DNA from: Catajapyx aquilonaris
Lineage: Eukaryota
DNA: 33,652 nucleotides
NCBI GenBank assembly: GCA_000934665.2
Contig: KZ539091.1
Coordinates: 1-33,652, forward strand
Reading direction: 5' to 3'
Shown here: one piece after another, positions 1 through 12,799 of the stretch
Layout: each line of letters starts with the position of its first letter
How positions within the stretch are numbered: position 1 is the first letter of the stretch
The notes under the pieces: model-generated
What the model was told of the DNA's origin: nothing
What the model saw: only the letters and a program-made list of their open reading frames with translations
The model's database searches: none
Translations under genes and position numbers: made by a program

Positions 1-236
1 GGGCGCGTTCTATAACACCCTTTTTGCGTTCATTTCACTTCGCGTGACGTCAACATTTTCTAGGGAAACAGTGACGTCACCATTTCCCTACATAAAACCC
101 CCAATTACTCCGGAACGGGAACTGATATCTTAAAACGGAATATGCCAAAAAAATCCAAAAAATATGGGCGAATTTATTATGTAGTTTCCAAAATGAAGGC
201 TAGTTCCCCATTCGATTGTGAAATTACCTTGCCTAT
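1..236. mobile_element. Possible end of a non-autonomous DNA transposon
   Basis: Two GTGACGTCA palindromes and MITE-like composition. The partner terminus is outside the window and cannot be verified. Confidence 0.25.
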
Positions 237-264
237 ATACAGTACAACAATAGTAGTTGCATAC

Positions 265-385
265 CTTTTCAGTTGGGTACATTAGAACCTAGTAGGGTTG
301 ATACTCACCTGTAAGGAAAGAAAACATGATTTAGTACATTATATTAAACAGAAAGAGGAAGGAAACCGTCAATTAAATTGCAATT
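265..385 (-). other. Recursive splice site (ratchet point) AG|GT at 309/308 with a 44-nt cryptic exon (308-265)
   Basis: The minus strand reads ...TACTAAATCATGTTTTCTTTCCTTACAG|GTGAGTAT. This gives a branch-point-like TACTAAA, a pyrimidine tract, about 75 nt free of AG, and an acceptor fused directly to a consensus donor. A second donor AAAG|GTATGC lies 44 nt downstream. Confidence 0.72.
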
Positions 386-3300
386 CTTGGAAACAGTCAA
401 CAGCACGAGAAAAACCAAAAAGATGCTAGTTCATTGCAGTCTTCACACCCTTACTACAATGCAGAAAATTTTCCTGCGACTTCTCTTCCCATAACTGCAG
501 AGCTGCACTTCCCTATACCACCCTGTACTCCCCCAAAAAATAAACCCGTTCGGCCGCATTATGGCACGGTCGAAAGCATAGTAAAAGCACGTAGTACAGT
601 CGTAGCATAATCTGCACATCAACTCTCGACTTGCAAAGCCATAACTATTATTATGAGTCACAAGAGTTGCAGGGAATGTGTGTAAAGGCCGGGGTGTGGC
701 ATGAGGAGGAGGTAGAGCATATACGATGCCAGCTAGTCCCCTCAGCATGAATCACAAGGCAGAGAGCTCTGCGAATTCTGCGGAGAACTCTGATAAGTAT
801 CAAGGCGCAGAAGAAGATAGCGGGAGAAGGAGGCTGTTATCAGCCTTGAAGGAGCCAAGAAGCTTTGGCCAACGCTGGTCTGTTTAGCGTTACTCTCGAG
901 AGGCAGCAGCAGGATGGCGGTAGAAACATCCGCAAAAAAACAACAAAAAAATAAATAAAAACGGAAGATTCTGGGATCCATCTGCCTATCACGCGAACCA
1001 TCGGCTATTTTAACCCTAGGTTGCGATCAAGTGGTAAGTTGGTAAGATGGCGCCCCCAAGCCAAGATGGGCGAGTTAAGGTGTAGTCGGGAATAATTTGG
1101 GGGGCGCCAGATAGCCTGTCAGTTTAGAGCGCATTTAGGTCATCATTTGGCTCCAGTGATTGGCAGGTTGACAAGAGAAAAGAAGTGGTGTTGGGGCCGG
1201 TCCTTCCAGTATTCATCTCTTGGGCCCTCCCCCCTGTTTCTTGCCACCATCCATCCCATCGTCGTCGTCGTTGTTGTCGGAGGTGGCTGACTGGGGGTTG
1301 GGGGGGAGTCGGAATATGTCAACGTCTGGGTGGGAACGATAGCAGATGACGATTCACGGCAGGCTGCTAATGCGGCCCACGTGACAGGCGCCGCATCCTC
1401 ATCTGTCACATCATGCCAGGAAATAAGCTGCTCGCCGGAACTATTTGTTCTGGGCCAGCTTGTGTTAATGCGCTCGTTTCCAATCCCATTCCGCCTCTCA
1501 TCATTCCCACTCTAATGCCTTCGCTTTTTTTCTCTTTTTCTTTTTTTTTCAAAAAAAGGACCCACCTCCATTTCTCCCCTGTCAAAGGCCAAACTAGGCA
1601 GCATTTACATTCGTGCTCACTGCCCCAGCTAGAAGGTTATTATTCATAATGTCCAGAGCCCCCAGCTGTAACCCGGCGTCGTAAAGTCACCGTCATTGGT
1701 CGGAGGGACGTCACGTGCTCACAAGCCAGTGATGCAACTCAGGTGACAAATATTTCGAACAGAATATTCAAACACAATTTTTTTACATGATACAAATGCA
1801 ATGTTTTGCTATTTTCTTCCGGACTAATTGCAAATTTCTTGAAACTACATCTTTACACCCCGCTCAGTTGAAACCGACGACAATCCCATCGATGTCACCG
1901 GCTCGCACCTGCCCTTGAGGCTAGTGACATCCGTGACCCTGCCACCTGTCCAATGACCACCCAGTTGCATGCATTCGAGCCGGCTGGCAAGCAATAATTA
2001 TATTGCGCAGACCGACCACCGTCCGCACACGACAAGGAAACCCGCGCCAGGCAGGCCGCACCATATCTCGCCAGCAGCGGCCTGCATTACATTATACCCG
2101 TACCTACGTAGTCTATCCCTCCGGAAAAGGAAGCACACGGCTCCATTTTCCCCTTATCCTTGCATTCATCCACTCGCAACTTGACTCCCTAATCACTTTT
2201 TGGGGCCCATTCGGCCATGCATTCATTCCCAGCACCCACACGCAGAACTCGCATCTGATCGCTGCCCACTCTGATTGCGTAGAGTGCGTCTAAAAGGAGA
2301 TCCATCACTACAGCAACCGTTGCTATTGGTTCCTAATACAACAGAGGTTTAAAAAAAAATGTGGGAAGAGACAAAAACGCGTGATGTCACAGTTCCATTA
2401 GCGACCAACAGCAAAAAAAAAAAAATCCGGAATTTGTGGAACGCCGCTGTGGCCGACGGGGCGCGTACCGAATGCTCCGTAACGAGTATCTCAACTGCAG
2501 AAAATTGGCAGGCGATAATAAATCACCTTGTATGCATTCGATTAGACTCATATCCGGTTAACGAATATCGTGGCTGACACGGTACTGATAATGCTACCGG
2601 GCCCGTACATGCCCCGGTATGTAGGCTTACTGTACTGTACCAGTAAGGCCTGTTTATGGATGGAGAGCGCAGGCGATGGAGGCAATCATCAACAACACTT
2701 CCCTGGGTGCTGGCAGCATCTAATTTGCGCCAGACCCGCCTTGGGCATCCATAATTACTTGGGAAACAGGTTTACCCCCCCCCCCCCTCCCTCCATATTT
2801 TTTTGGGGGACCGCCTTAGGAGGGGCATCGGCGGAGAAATCTGGCCATCCCAAGCACATCCGATGGAGAGATTTGCTTCCATAATGAGGCCGGCCAAGAT
2901 GGATAAGCGACACTTTCCTGCCAACAAGGCAGGGCGGAGCCAGAAGAGGGCCTACCAGACAGGCTGACCGGCTGGCTATATATGCAGGCCGAGTTCAGCG
3001 ACAAATCAGAAATAGCTAGCGACCGGGCGACAGATCGCTGCGACGTCGTCGTCTTGCCGGTGCCGAATAATTGCTAGCCGGTGTAACGATCCTTCTTGGC
3101 CGGCCTCAAAAGACTACATCTGAGGATAAACGAGGCGCTGCACTTGCTCGTCATAAAACGGGCGGACATCCCAAACCCGGCTCCGTATAAACCCTCCGGA
3201 ATGGCTCCTTTTCATTTCCAACCCGACGCTTGCATCTTGGCCATTATTTTGGGCCGGCTTTCAAATGACTTGTTGCGGTTCCCGCGGCCATTGGTCTCAT

Positions 3301-3489
3301 CGGCTCGTGGGACTAATTAAAACGTGATGTAACACAGCCCAAGAGCAGAGGCAAGTGGGAGCCAGCGACGGACACGCCATCGTCGTCGTCATCGCGTGGC
3401 TCGCACGTACACGTCACCAGCGCCCGAATCAAGATTTCAGTGCCTTCATAAAGATATGGCCGGGTCTTTGTTCACGTGGAAACAGGGCC

Positions 3490-3810
3490 ACGATAAGCTT
3501 CTCCTACGTGCATTGGCCCGCTTTGCCTGGTCCGGACCGACACTAGGACGAGCACGCAACAATACGAGTAGTGCAGCAGTGTGTGGCTCATGCACGACCT
3601 TGCTGCTGCAAGTCTTGCTCCGACGCAGGGTCCTATAGGACGGAAGGCAGGTCCCAGATAACAGAGGATAACCGCAGCCCTCTACTATCGCCATCTCTTC
3701 CCCGTTTCGCTTATCGGCCTTCCCCAGCAGGTCAAGATAAAGCGCTTGCCCAGGACAAACTTACATACCCAACAGCCAGCAGGATCCATCCGACCCGGCT
3801 ATCACGACCA
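3490..3810. promoter_or_regulatory. GATA-motif cluster (candidate enhancer)
   Basis: Seven GATAR/YTATC motifs at about 3492, 3657, 3667, 3685, 3711, 3736 and 3799. A RUNX-type ACCGCA at 3671 overlaps one of them. Confidence 0.5.
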
Positions 3811-4439
3811 TGACCGCCAGGAGCGCCCCCAATGCACCTGGCTGCCCTCTGGTTCGCCAGTTCCAACCTGGCTAGTCACATGCTCCAAATCAGCCAATGG
3901 GTGCTAATAACAAGCCCACCGTCACGTGACACACCATGCATTGTTGGGCCCCCCACGGCCCATCTTGTATGAGGAAAAGAAACGCGGGAGGGCGCAAAGT
4001 GCCAGCATTATAATAATGGCGGCGCTTTGCTTCCTCCGACTTGCCTGCAGCTTTTCTTATCGCTTTTCCAGCCAGCAGCCTGCCAGAGATTGCGCGATAT
4101 ATCCCCCAACTCCCCTACAACTGCAGCCTGTGCTCTGAATAAAGACCCTGCTGCCTGCCACCCACTAACCCTGGCCGTCCATGCACATTCTGCAGACCCT
4201 GCACTCATATGCCTCATCTTCCTGCAGGCTTGTCAAACTCTTATTGACTCTAGGGGAAGGAGAGGCAATGTATTGTCGGGCGAAGGCGTCGTCGGCCGGG
4301 TGGGGTGGGTGGAGGGACTCGATCTCTTTTCTTAGACGACGACGACGACAGACGTGTTTGCTGGTGTTCCCTGCCGATATCCACACTCGATTTCCCTCTG
4401 ATTTTTCATCCCCGCCCGCCAAAAACAAGCCTGCCTCCG

Positions 4440-4990
4440 CCGCGATAAGGCCAGCCGTCCTTGATTCGCTCCCAACATATGAAATGTATTCAATCTGTTG
4501 GCTCCGATAAGCCGCGCCCTTCAATAAGAAATCAATTCCCAAAGTGTCCTTTGCGCAAAAGACGCCATCCTCTTTTCCCTTCTGTGCCCGCGGCTTATAT
4601 ACCTGATGTAATATAGGACACCCCCCCCCCCNAACCCTTCTCCCCAAACTCGAAAATTGTTTCGCAATAGGCGAACAATGCACGGTGTTGTTGCATAGCG
4701 TCGTGCATAGCTTCCCCTCTCCCCCTCCCTCTACACGCCCCTCCCTGCCACCAGCCACCCACCAGTTAGTTGCAGGCCTTGCTGGGCGAAAAGGGCAGAT
4801 AATGAAAAATTGCCGATGAGATCGGGTTATTGTATAGCCGGCACAGAGGAAAAAAAAGGTCCCCGGAGGAAAAGTCCGATAAGGATTGATCTGTCCTCCA
4901 GCCAACCACAGTGCTGATGGCCGCATTTGACCCTGATGCTCCGGTGACGTCACCAGTCGATACTATCGCGCGCCTCCCCAACCTATCCCT
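4440..4990. promoter_or_regulatory. GATA/RUNX/CRE motif cluster (candidate enhancer)
   Basis: GATAA at 4444, 4506, 4798 and 4878; CTATC near 4963 and 4983; ACCACA at 4905; TGACGTCA at 4945. Confidence 0.4.
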
Positions 4991-6184
4991 TGCTAATTAT
5001 TATTTCTGGGGCCGTTTGTCCTCCCAAGATCGTTCACGCCCATTCCCCGGCTAAACCCCCGACATCACCACTGACGATCAAATCGACACCACTTAGTGTC
5101 CAGTAAACTCCCTTCCCCAAACCCAGAAAAAATTAAATCGTGAAAAAAAATAACAATAATGAAACTATGGCGGAAGACGTTGTTGGTATTCATCGCGTAT
5201 CGGACTTGGTACTTTTTCAAAGATCTGATTGACGAGCACGCAACTCTGAATCGTTACTTTCTATCTAAACGTTTATATAAAAGTGGTTCAGTGAACTGCT
5301 ACCATGCACTCTTATCCAAAAATAATTTGTTGATATGCGAGTGTACGAAACATTCTGAAGAGAAATGATGGGGGGCTGAGAAGACAACAAGCGACAAATT
5401 ACATGTCGCTGATTCCGCACATACCCAACTCTTCCTAGTCAATCGACTCTCCAGGGTGGTCAGTTGATTTTTTTCCCCCTCCAAAAATGACACGAAATCA
5501 TATGTTTATACGTAACTTAGGCAAGTACTACACAAGTACCGTCTACAAATTTCACCACGTTCAAAATCCTGTTGTCGCGATGTCATCCTTTCGACACGGT
5601 CTTCCTTGACCAACGCCCTGTCGGCCTGCCTATGAACACCTGTGCAATGCCCCACGCCCGGAATACGACAAGGGTTCCGTTTAAATAATTATCACGTCAG
5701 GGTAAACGAGAGCCGTCTGCCCATCTCGTTAACCCGCGTTAAAACCGAGCCCGCCCGCCCGCGAGGCAACTTGCTAGTCTGCAACCGACCTCTGTCTACA
5801 CACTCACATGTGGAAGTCATGGGCCGTTGCCGCGAATTTATTTCGCATCGCACGCGCGTGTCCACTGCCGGACTTAATGTATGCCGTTTACCTCGAGGCG
5901 GGATGAAAAAAAAACAGGACCGTGAGAATCAAGTTTTATGTGATCAAAATAAAGTTGGGCGTAAACAGTAACATCAGTAGGCTAATTATATGGTGGTCCT
6001 ACACTTCAGAGGTATAATTCTAGGGGGAAAGAGGTGGGGTGGATCAGTATGTAATGCCTCGACTATTAATTTTTAACGCATCAGGCGTTACTTGTTAAAA
6101 AATGACACGTGCACATTTGGATAAACTGTGGGGTCCTGATGGTGGCGACACATCAGGACTCGGTGCAGATATGGGAAATTGTAA

Positions 6185-6240
6185 AATTGCAACAATTTTC
6201 TGTATTGTACAATTGCAACAATTTTCTGTATTGTACAATT
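6185..6240 (+). repeat. Perfect 26-bp tandem duplication
   Basis: AATTGCAACAATTTTCTGTATTGTAC occurs twice. Confidence 0.95.
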
Positions 6241-7928
6241 TGTTTCAGCACTTACATATATTTTAAACTATACATTTCACACGGCCTTCATTATTCAACT
6301 AACCTACACTGTAACCTACTTGTATAATACTGTGTCTATTCACGGAACATAGGCCGCAACCACAGGAAAATATCACTCTATATCGCTTCATATAATGCAG
6401 CCATCCCGCCCCTTGGAAGCCCCATCACCAATAGATACTGTCTCTTGAATATCAAGAGAAAGCGTTTCGCCGAACCATTCTTGGTAATACGACGTGTTTT
6501 TCCCATTCTTTTCATACGTAATCGAAGTAGAGCAGAGCAGCAATCGCGTGCTGGCAAAATTGTGTATCGAGAAGGACCACCGAGCTCTCTCTTGCTCAAA
6601 AAGGCGTCCCATTTCGCCTACCAATATTTCCGGCCTGTTACATAGCACCAATTGCACAAAAGTATTCTAATATACTTGTGTATAACGAAGCCGCAACTGT
6701 AGAAAGAAGAACCAGGTAAATTTGTATGTGCCAGACACTGGATGCCTCAAAAAAATTCACCCACATTGGTACATTGGTATAGAGAGCTGGAACAGTAGTC
6801 ATGCAGAGTTTTTGTTGTTGTTATAACTCGTTTGGAGTGCAACCTCCGCAAAGGTGAATCCACAGGCCTCCTGAAGATGTGGCGCACCGGTATAAACTAC
6901 ATAATACAGGATTCGCACCTGCGTCTTTCACACTTATCAACTGATCCCGGTCATTCGTGCTACTCCCTTCAGTATATAATTATTATCAGCTTCAACAGCA
7001 TAAGCTTGCCAGACACAAACGAAAAAGAGAAAGTTCTCTGTAAGACCGCACGTACTGTACTGTACAGCGCACCGTACACACCACATTGACTCCAGATATA
7101 CCCTTCAGTGAGTCACTACACAATGTTCTCGATGTAGGTGGAGTACTGTTAAGATGAGGGGGAGGGAGGCGGAAAGTAAGGGGTGGGGATGGAGGGGCAC
7201 TATATCTGGAGCAATCTCTCCATTGGCAAGTGTTATCAGTGCGCGCCAAATGGAAGTGGAATGTAAATGTTCCTTGGCTTATCAGCGCCGCATCTTTCAG
7301 CCTCCAGATTAATATTCGCAAGAGCCTTAATAAGCTGGCTTATCGCCACTCGGCCTCTGCGCAAAACTTTTCCCCAGGAAACGCCTCATCCATTCACATT
7401 CACTCTTTTTTTCTTTCTTTCTTCCTCTCTCGCAGGATGGTCACTCATCTCTCCACTCTGCATCTTCACTCGTGTAATTTGCACTCTGGGTTCGGTCCAG
7501 CCCACTAACATAACTGTAGATCTCGCTTCCAAGTGCCAGAGTTTTTTTTTGTAGTAATCTCTCAAGGGGTTACTGCACATGCTGATTGGGCCCTACACTG
7601 GCGGAAAAAAAAAAATCTACAACCCAGTGTTCTTTTTATTTCGGTCATCAAATAACATTCGCTGCATGTAACTTGGAAAATATCCCATATCTTACAAAAT
7701 ATTGTCATACTTTCACGCCATCTTATTTTCGCAACAGTGCAATGCAGGGAAGATGTGTATAACTTACATCTACTCAGATACCAGTTCTCGGGTATTTTCC
7801 CTAGATTTAAAGGTTCCGTGATAATGTTCCGCACCTAACAAGACGTTTCTGTTACATAACAGGGAAAACAGAGCGCACTGGAAATCTTATTAGACCAAAA
7901 GTTCTGAAATGGACATGTTTGATATGTA

Positions 7929-7966
7929 ATATCGCTCAAAAACATAGAGACGATTTTGAGCGATAT
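7929..7966. repeat. Internally deleted, inverted copy of the 16639-16719 element
   Basis: ATATCGCTCAAAA-ACATAGAGACGA-TTTTGAGCGATAT shares both arms and the AGACGATTTTG segment with the reverse complement of the longer copy. Confidence 0.65.
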
Positions 7967-9280
7967 AGTACTTAGCCCCTTACAAGCAGGTTTAACTGCA
8001 TTAGCTCCAAAAAAGTCACACTTAAATTTTAAAACGTAGGCCTACGGCATGCAATATATTTCAGCGTTACAGTCATCAATCATTCTATAGAAAAATGCAC
8101 TAAACAAGGCTCGAATCCTTCCACACAAGCCTTCATTTAATGACTATTTTTTGTGCTATCAATTAATGGCAAGCAAGCGAAGTAGGACAAAGTCGCAATT
8201 TTCATGCCGGCGTTATCGAGATGCTCAACTTTTTTTTTTCTTTCTTAAATCAGGGAATAGTCTATGCATGACAGAGTTGAAAACACATAAACTCATTTCA
8301 AAAACCGCACATTAAGAGCCCATGGAAGAAAATTCGGTCATATGTATCATCTTGAAAGAGAAAACTTGACGACCAAGAACCATTGCAGCAAAATACCACA
8401 GAGTAAAAACTCGTCTTAGGTCCCTCTTCACTATCAAACCTCTCTAGTCTGCTGTTAGTCTGCTCGTTACTGTTGCAAAAAAAGAAGAAGAAAACTTGCT
8501 GCCCATATCAGTCGTTAACGATCCTGACCAACCTGCAATCTCAAATAAAGTACACACTCATGTGTACACTGTCACCGGGGGTAGCCCAACATCTCCACAA
8601 AAACAAACATCCCTCAGCAACTCCTAAAGTCCCGAGATGTCATCTTAGTATGATTGTCATGTGCCGCGATAAAAAAGTGGGCGCCAAGAATGTAATTATA
8701 GTGCAGCATCACTATCTGGAAACCTCTGACTCCTCTTGCTATCTGACAGGATATATCTCCTGATAAGGAATAGACGTGACCTCTTCTCTATCTCACAACC
8801 AACACACTCTTCTCAGTACGGCCTCCCCCTCCCCCCTTAATATGAATACACCACTCTAAAAAAAACTGTCCCTTGCAATTTTCTAACGGCACCTTCACTC
8901 CGGATAAAAACAAACCTGTTGCAAATGGTAGGTGAGAAAAACGTGGCAGAAAGGTGGAGGAGTGGTGCTTAGGTGAGGGTCGAGAGCGGCAAATGGCTTG
9001 TTGTTGTAAGGAATGGAGAGACACGAGTCCAAGGCGACCAGAATGACGCGAGTGGGGCTTTGCGGCCGCCCTCTTGATGAATTGGACGATGCCATGGGCG
9101 AGGCCGTTAAGTGAACACAAAGTGATGCTCCGGCCAGGCCGGCACATTCTTACAGATTCTTCCTCCCCGGACGACTCCGGTTTCCCTTCCAAACCAGTGC
9201 ATAAGACGCCGGCAGGGGTCAGGTGGAGTGGGGATGTTCACATGTAGGACATCTGGGGGTGGGTTCCTGACAAACTTATG

Positions 9281-9459
9281 AAGGGTGTTCCTCAATTCAT
9301 CTCCGATCACTATACTAGTAGAAATATCGCCCAAGTGCATTAAGTTTACAATATTTTAAAATAATTTAAATTGAATTGAATGCCGTCTATTACGTGTAAG
9401 ACCAATATTGAGCCTCCTTTCATCGCTATGTTGTTGTAGATAACTTTAGGAGCACCCTG
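9281..9459. mobile_element. Degenerate Tc1/mariner-type MITE (about 180 bp)
   Basis: The left end AGGGTGTTCCTCAATTCATCTCCGA matches the reverse complement of the right end, AGGGTGCTCCTAAAGTTATCTACAA (19/25). The right end is CACCCTG|TA. Confidence 0.55.
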
Positions 9460-11864
9460 TATGTGAGGACTCGGTATAGGTCGGGTTTGACCTCGAGCTC
9501 AGCATTACAACTGCATGACACAGCATTGCCAAGTATACTATAGCGCCTGCTAGGTTTTATTGGCATTTCATAGCAAGCCTCTAATTCGAGAGGAGTATCA
9601 CGCAAATATATATTTCATAAACTATTCCTATACACTGCTGACGGGTATCAGATGACAATGGGTGCTACAGCTTGCACCTTATCATAATGTTTCGGTTGCA
9701 TTATTGACAGGCCAGAGTGATCCGGACTGGGACGGACTAGCAGTAAAATTATTATAAGCTGACGACAACGACTGCTTCGTCAGAACATTTCTTATCGCCA
9801 GTCTCTTATGTAAATCATCATCGAAAATTTAACACAACGACTTCGGGTGCTTTAGAAAATAATGCATAACATAAAACAGATAAAAGAGCGCAATATCTTC
9901 ACTACATTCATTATTTACAACACTGCGACTTGGTACGTGAGAACTGCCGAGTGTGGGAAATGGAAGACCTATGTACGAAAGAATTGCAAGGAATGCAGTA
10001 ATATTAATAAAATAAGAGTAAAAGGTATTTTCACACTGCATAATCGTGGGACTGTGCTTTCGCCAGCATACAGAAAGGGCTTGGGGGGTTGACGCTAGGT
10101 CCCCTGCTGGCTCCAACTGAATTAGCTCCCTGGTCAGTGCTCGCCCTCCAAATGTTGCAAATGTTGCGGTTTTACTGTAAAGTCCTCTGAGTGAAGAGAA
10201 AAGTCCCAATCTCCCCCCACTCCCACGTATAAAATGCATGGAATGGAACCAACTAGAACCCTTCACATGGACCAGGAAATTGAACCTCGGACCGCAGAGA
10301 TGTGCACAATCGCATACTGTAGGGTTATACAGCACACCCAATTGAGACATGTCACTTGCACCAATCAATGCCATCAGTTATTGCCTGCAAAATCACAGTG
10401 GTGAAATATCCAGAAACATTCTAACAAGTATGACCCTCGACACATTATATACAACAGGTGTACTGTCAAATAAACAGTTCTGGACGTTATAAAAATGACA
10501 AAATAATCCTAAATGATGTCCTTGCACGGACTAATGGGCTAATTATTCTGGATATAAATATACAACAGAGAATTTCCATGGCCTAGATTCTTCATTAACA
10601 CAGCCAGGGCGTTCAACAAGCCTGTCATAAAACCGAACTGACATCAACTCATACCCAGCACACCTTCAATTTTAAAACTCCTAATGAGCCTGGGAACACA
10701 CGCCTTCATTATTTGAAGGCCCAATCTCGTCTGTGACGGTGACAACGAGCCGACATGATCAGTCAAACCTGCACCGAAGCAATTGACCTCCTAACAGGAC
10801 CACTCCATATACCCTCTTTGAACCTGATTAGACCCCCAGTTCCATCCCCAACTACTACTCAGCCCCTAAAAAAACACGAGCTGCGAGGTGAGATGATGAC
10901 TTTGGCAGGTGTTGTACCACACGTCCCACCTGACACCCCGAGACTCGCTCACGTCCAGATCTCTATCTACAGCAGGTAGATCCGCCGCCAAGTCCGGAAT
11001 ATTAAACAACTCGTTGCCTGACTGCTTGGCTAGCTTTCTCGCTCAGGAACGCTCCTATCTATACCTCTCCCTCCTATCTCCCTTCTCACACACACATATA
11101 CCAGCAATCGCCATTTTTAACCCCCAAAAATTCCGTCTGTCCCATGGGCCGGCCGGCTTCTTCAGACTAGGCGACACGACTCGGTAGTCCAGTGCCCGTG
11201 ACATTTACAGGTTGAAACACAATTTATGATGGGCATAAACGGCCATTAAGAATGCCTCATTTCCTGCATGCCTACTAATCCTCCCTGCTATTCGAGTCCA
11301 TTGCTGGTGGTCAAGAGTCGGGCTGGACAAGAAATATGAACTCCGTGCTGGTTTGGAATGAAGAGGATGCGCGACACACAAGTGCGTGGCAGCAGACGGG
11401 GTATGGCATTCCAGGGTCTGCAAAAAATTATTGAGATGCCGCTTCAACCTGTCAGATTGACCTACATTGAGACGCTTCTACATGTAGGCTACAAAGGTTA
11501 CACTGTCTGCTCATTTGACCCATTCCTACATGGAAAGTGGCTCGTAGAAACGGGGGGAAAAGTACGACTTTGTTACACGTGACAGTATTTGCTGGGATCA
11601 GATGCTTAAGTAATGCGATGTATGGACTTGCAAATGTTTGGAATCGCATTGCTTGAGTGATCGAGTCAGTCGGTGGAAAGATTCGGGATCGCTACACGTG
11701 CTGGTGAAGATCTTGTACTTATTCATGCAAGTGATAACAGTATTCTATGTATCGCTCGAGGCAGTTCAGATAACAAGGGGGAAGACCCTATACGTCGCCT
11801 CATTATGTTGGTGAGGTGTTTACGTAAATGTAGGAATTCTACGATGTTTTTTTTTTTTTTTTTT

Positions 11865-11890
11865 NNNNNNNNNNNNNNNNNNNNNNNNNN
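11865..11890. other. Assembly gap (N run) after a poly-T tract
   Basis: 26 N characters. Confidence 1.
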
Positions 11891-12799
11891 GACGAGCGAT
11901 GAGTGCATATGTGACGATGTATCCCGTTGGCTGTATACCAATTCATCATTTTCTCAGTACCCATTTGTTCTCCAAGTATATGTTGATGCTGTACCTCCTA
12001 CGTCAAAAATCTCGAGGACTGAAATGCAATCCCGTCAGAATAACGCCCAGATAACAAGCAGCAATATCGTCTCATGTTAGACCTCTCCAAATAATTAACT
12101 TGTACTTACCTGACGAAAATCCTGGCACACTACCCTAAGTGACTTCAACGCCCCGAAGTCTTGGCTAAAGTGTACTGGTATTCTAATGAGGCTCATGTTG
12201 GAATAGATTGCCAGCACTGTTGGAAATATTCGCCTCAAATTACCCCTTTTCGTGACCCATCTTCATCATAACAAGACCCAATCTAGCCCCCCCCCCCCTC
12301 CACCAACGTCCCCCTTGCCCTTCTACTCTGATCAATATCTAGTTTCTTCTCAGTTGCCATTATAATCTTCAGATGGGAAGCCCATACTGAAGACAAAAAA
12401 AATAATCAGTTATATCATTAAAAAGAGCCTTACAGCAGGTCTTCGAGATATATGAGAATTTTCCGTAGCACTATAGTTATAGGCCCATCAACCATGGACC
12501 TATAGCAGGATACACACCCTCCCGCTCTAAACAGAAAAATGGTGACGAGCCATGACAGACATGGAGGTGAAAATGGCTAGCGTAAGGGCCAACGTTCATT
12601 TCCTCGGGTTGACACCCCCAGCCAAAATGCAGAAGAGCGTGTCCACATATCGAGAAGCCCCAGCTGGGTGCAGCAGGCAGGCAGGCAGGCCAGTGTGCGA
12701 GTGCAGGTGCAGCAGCCATGGTGCGGTGGGGGGAGAGGAAGCCGATATGGAATAGAGTGGGAGGGAAAACATAATAAATTCTTGGGGAGGAGCGAAAGG

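Noticed and set aside
4165..4953. Longest ORF (262 aa)
   Set aside because: No recognisable domain, a low-complexity GC-rich regulatory-like region, and an N within a homopolymer.
6378..6700. Overlapping short ORFs that might be a transposase remnant
   Set aside because: No catalytic or family motif could be recognised; a translated homology search would be needed.
7257..7267. TGGAATGTAAA matching the 5' end of miR-1
   Set aside because: The match stops after 11 nt and no precursor hairpin is evident.
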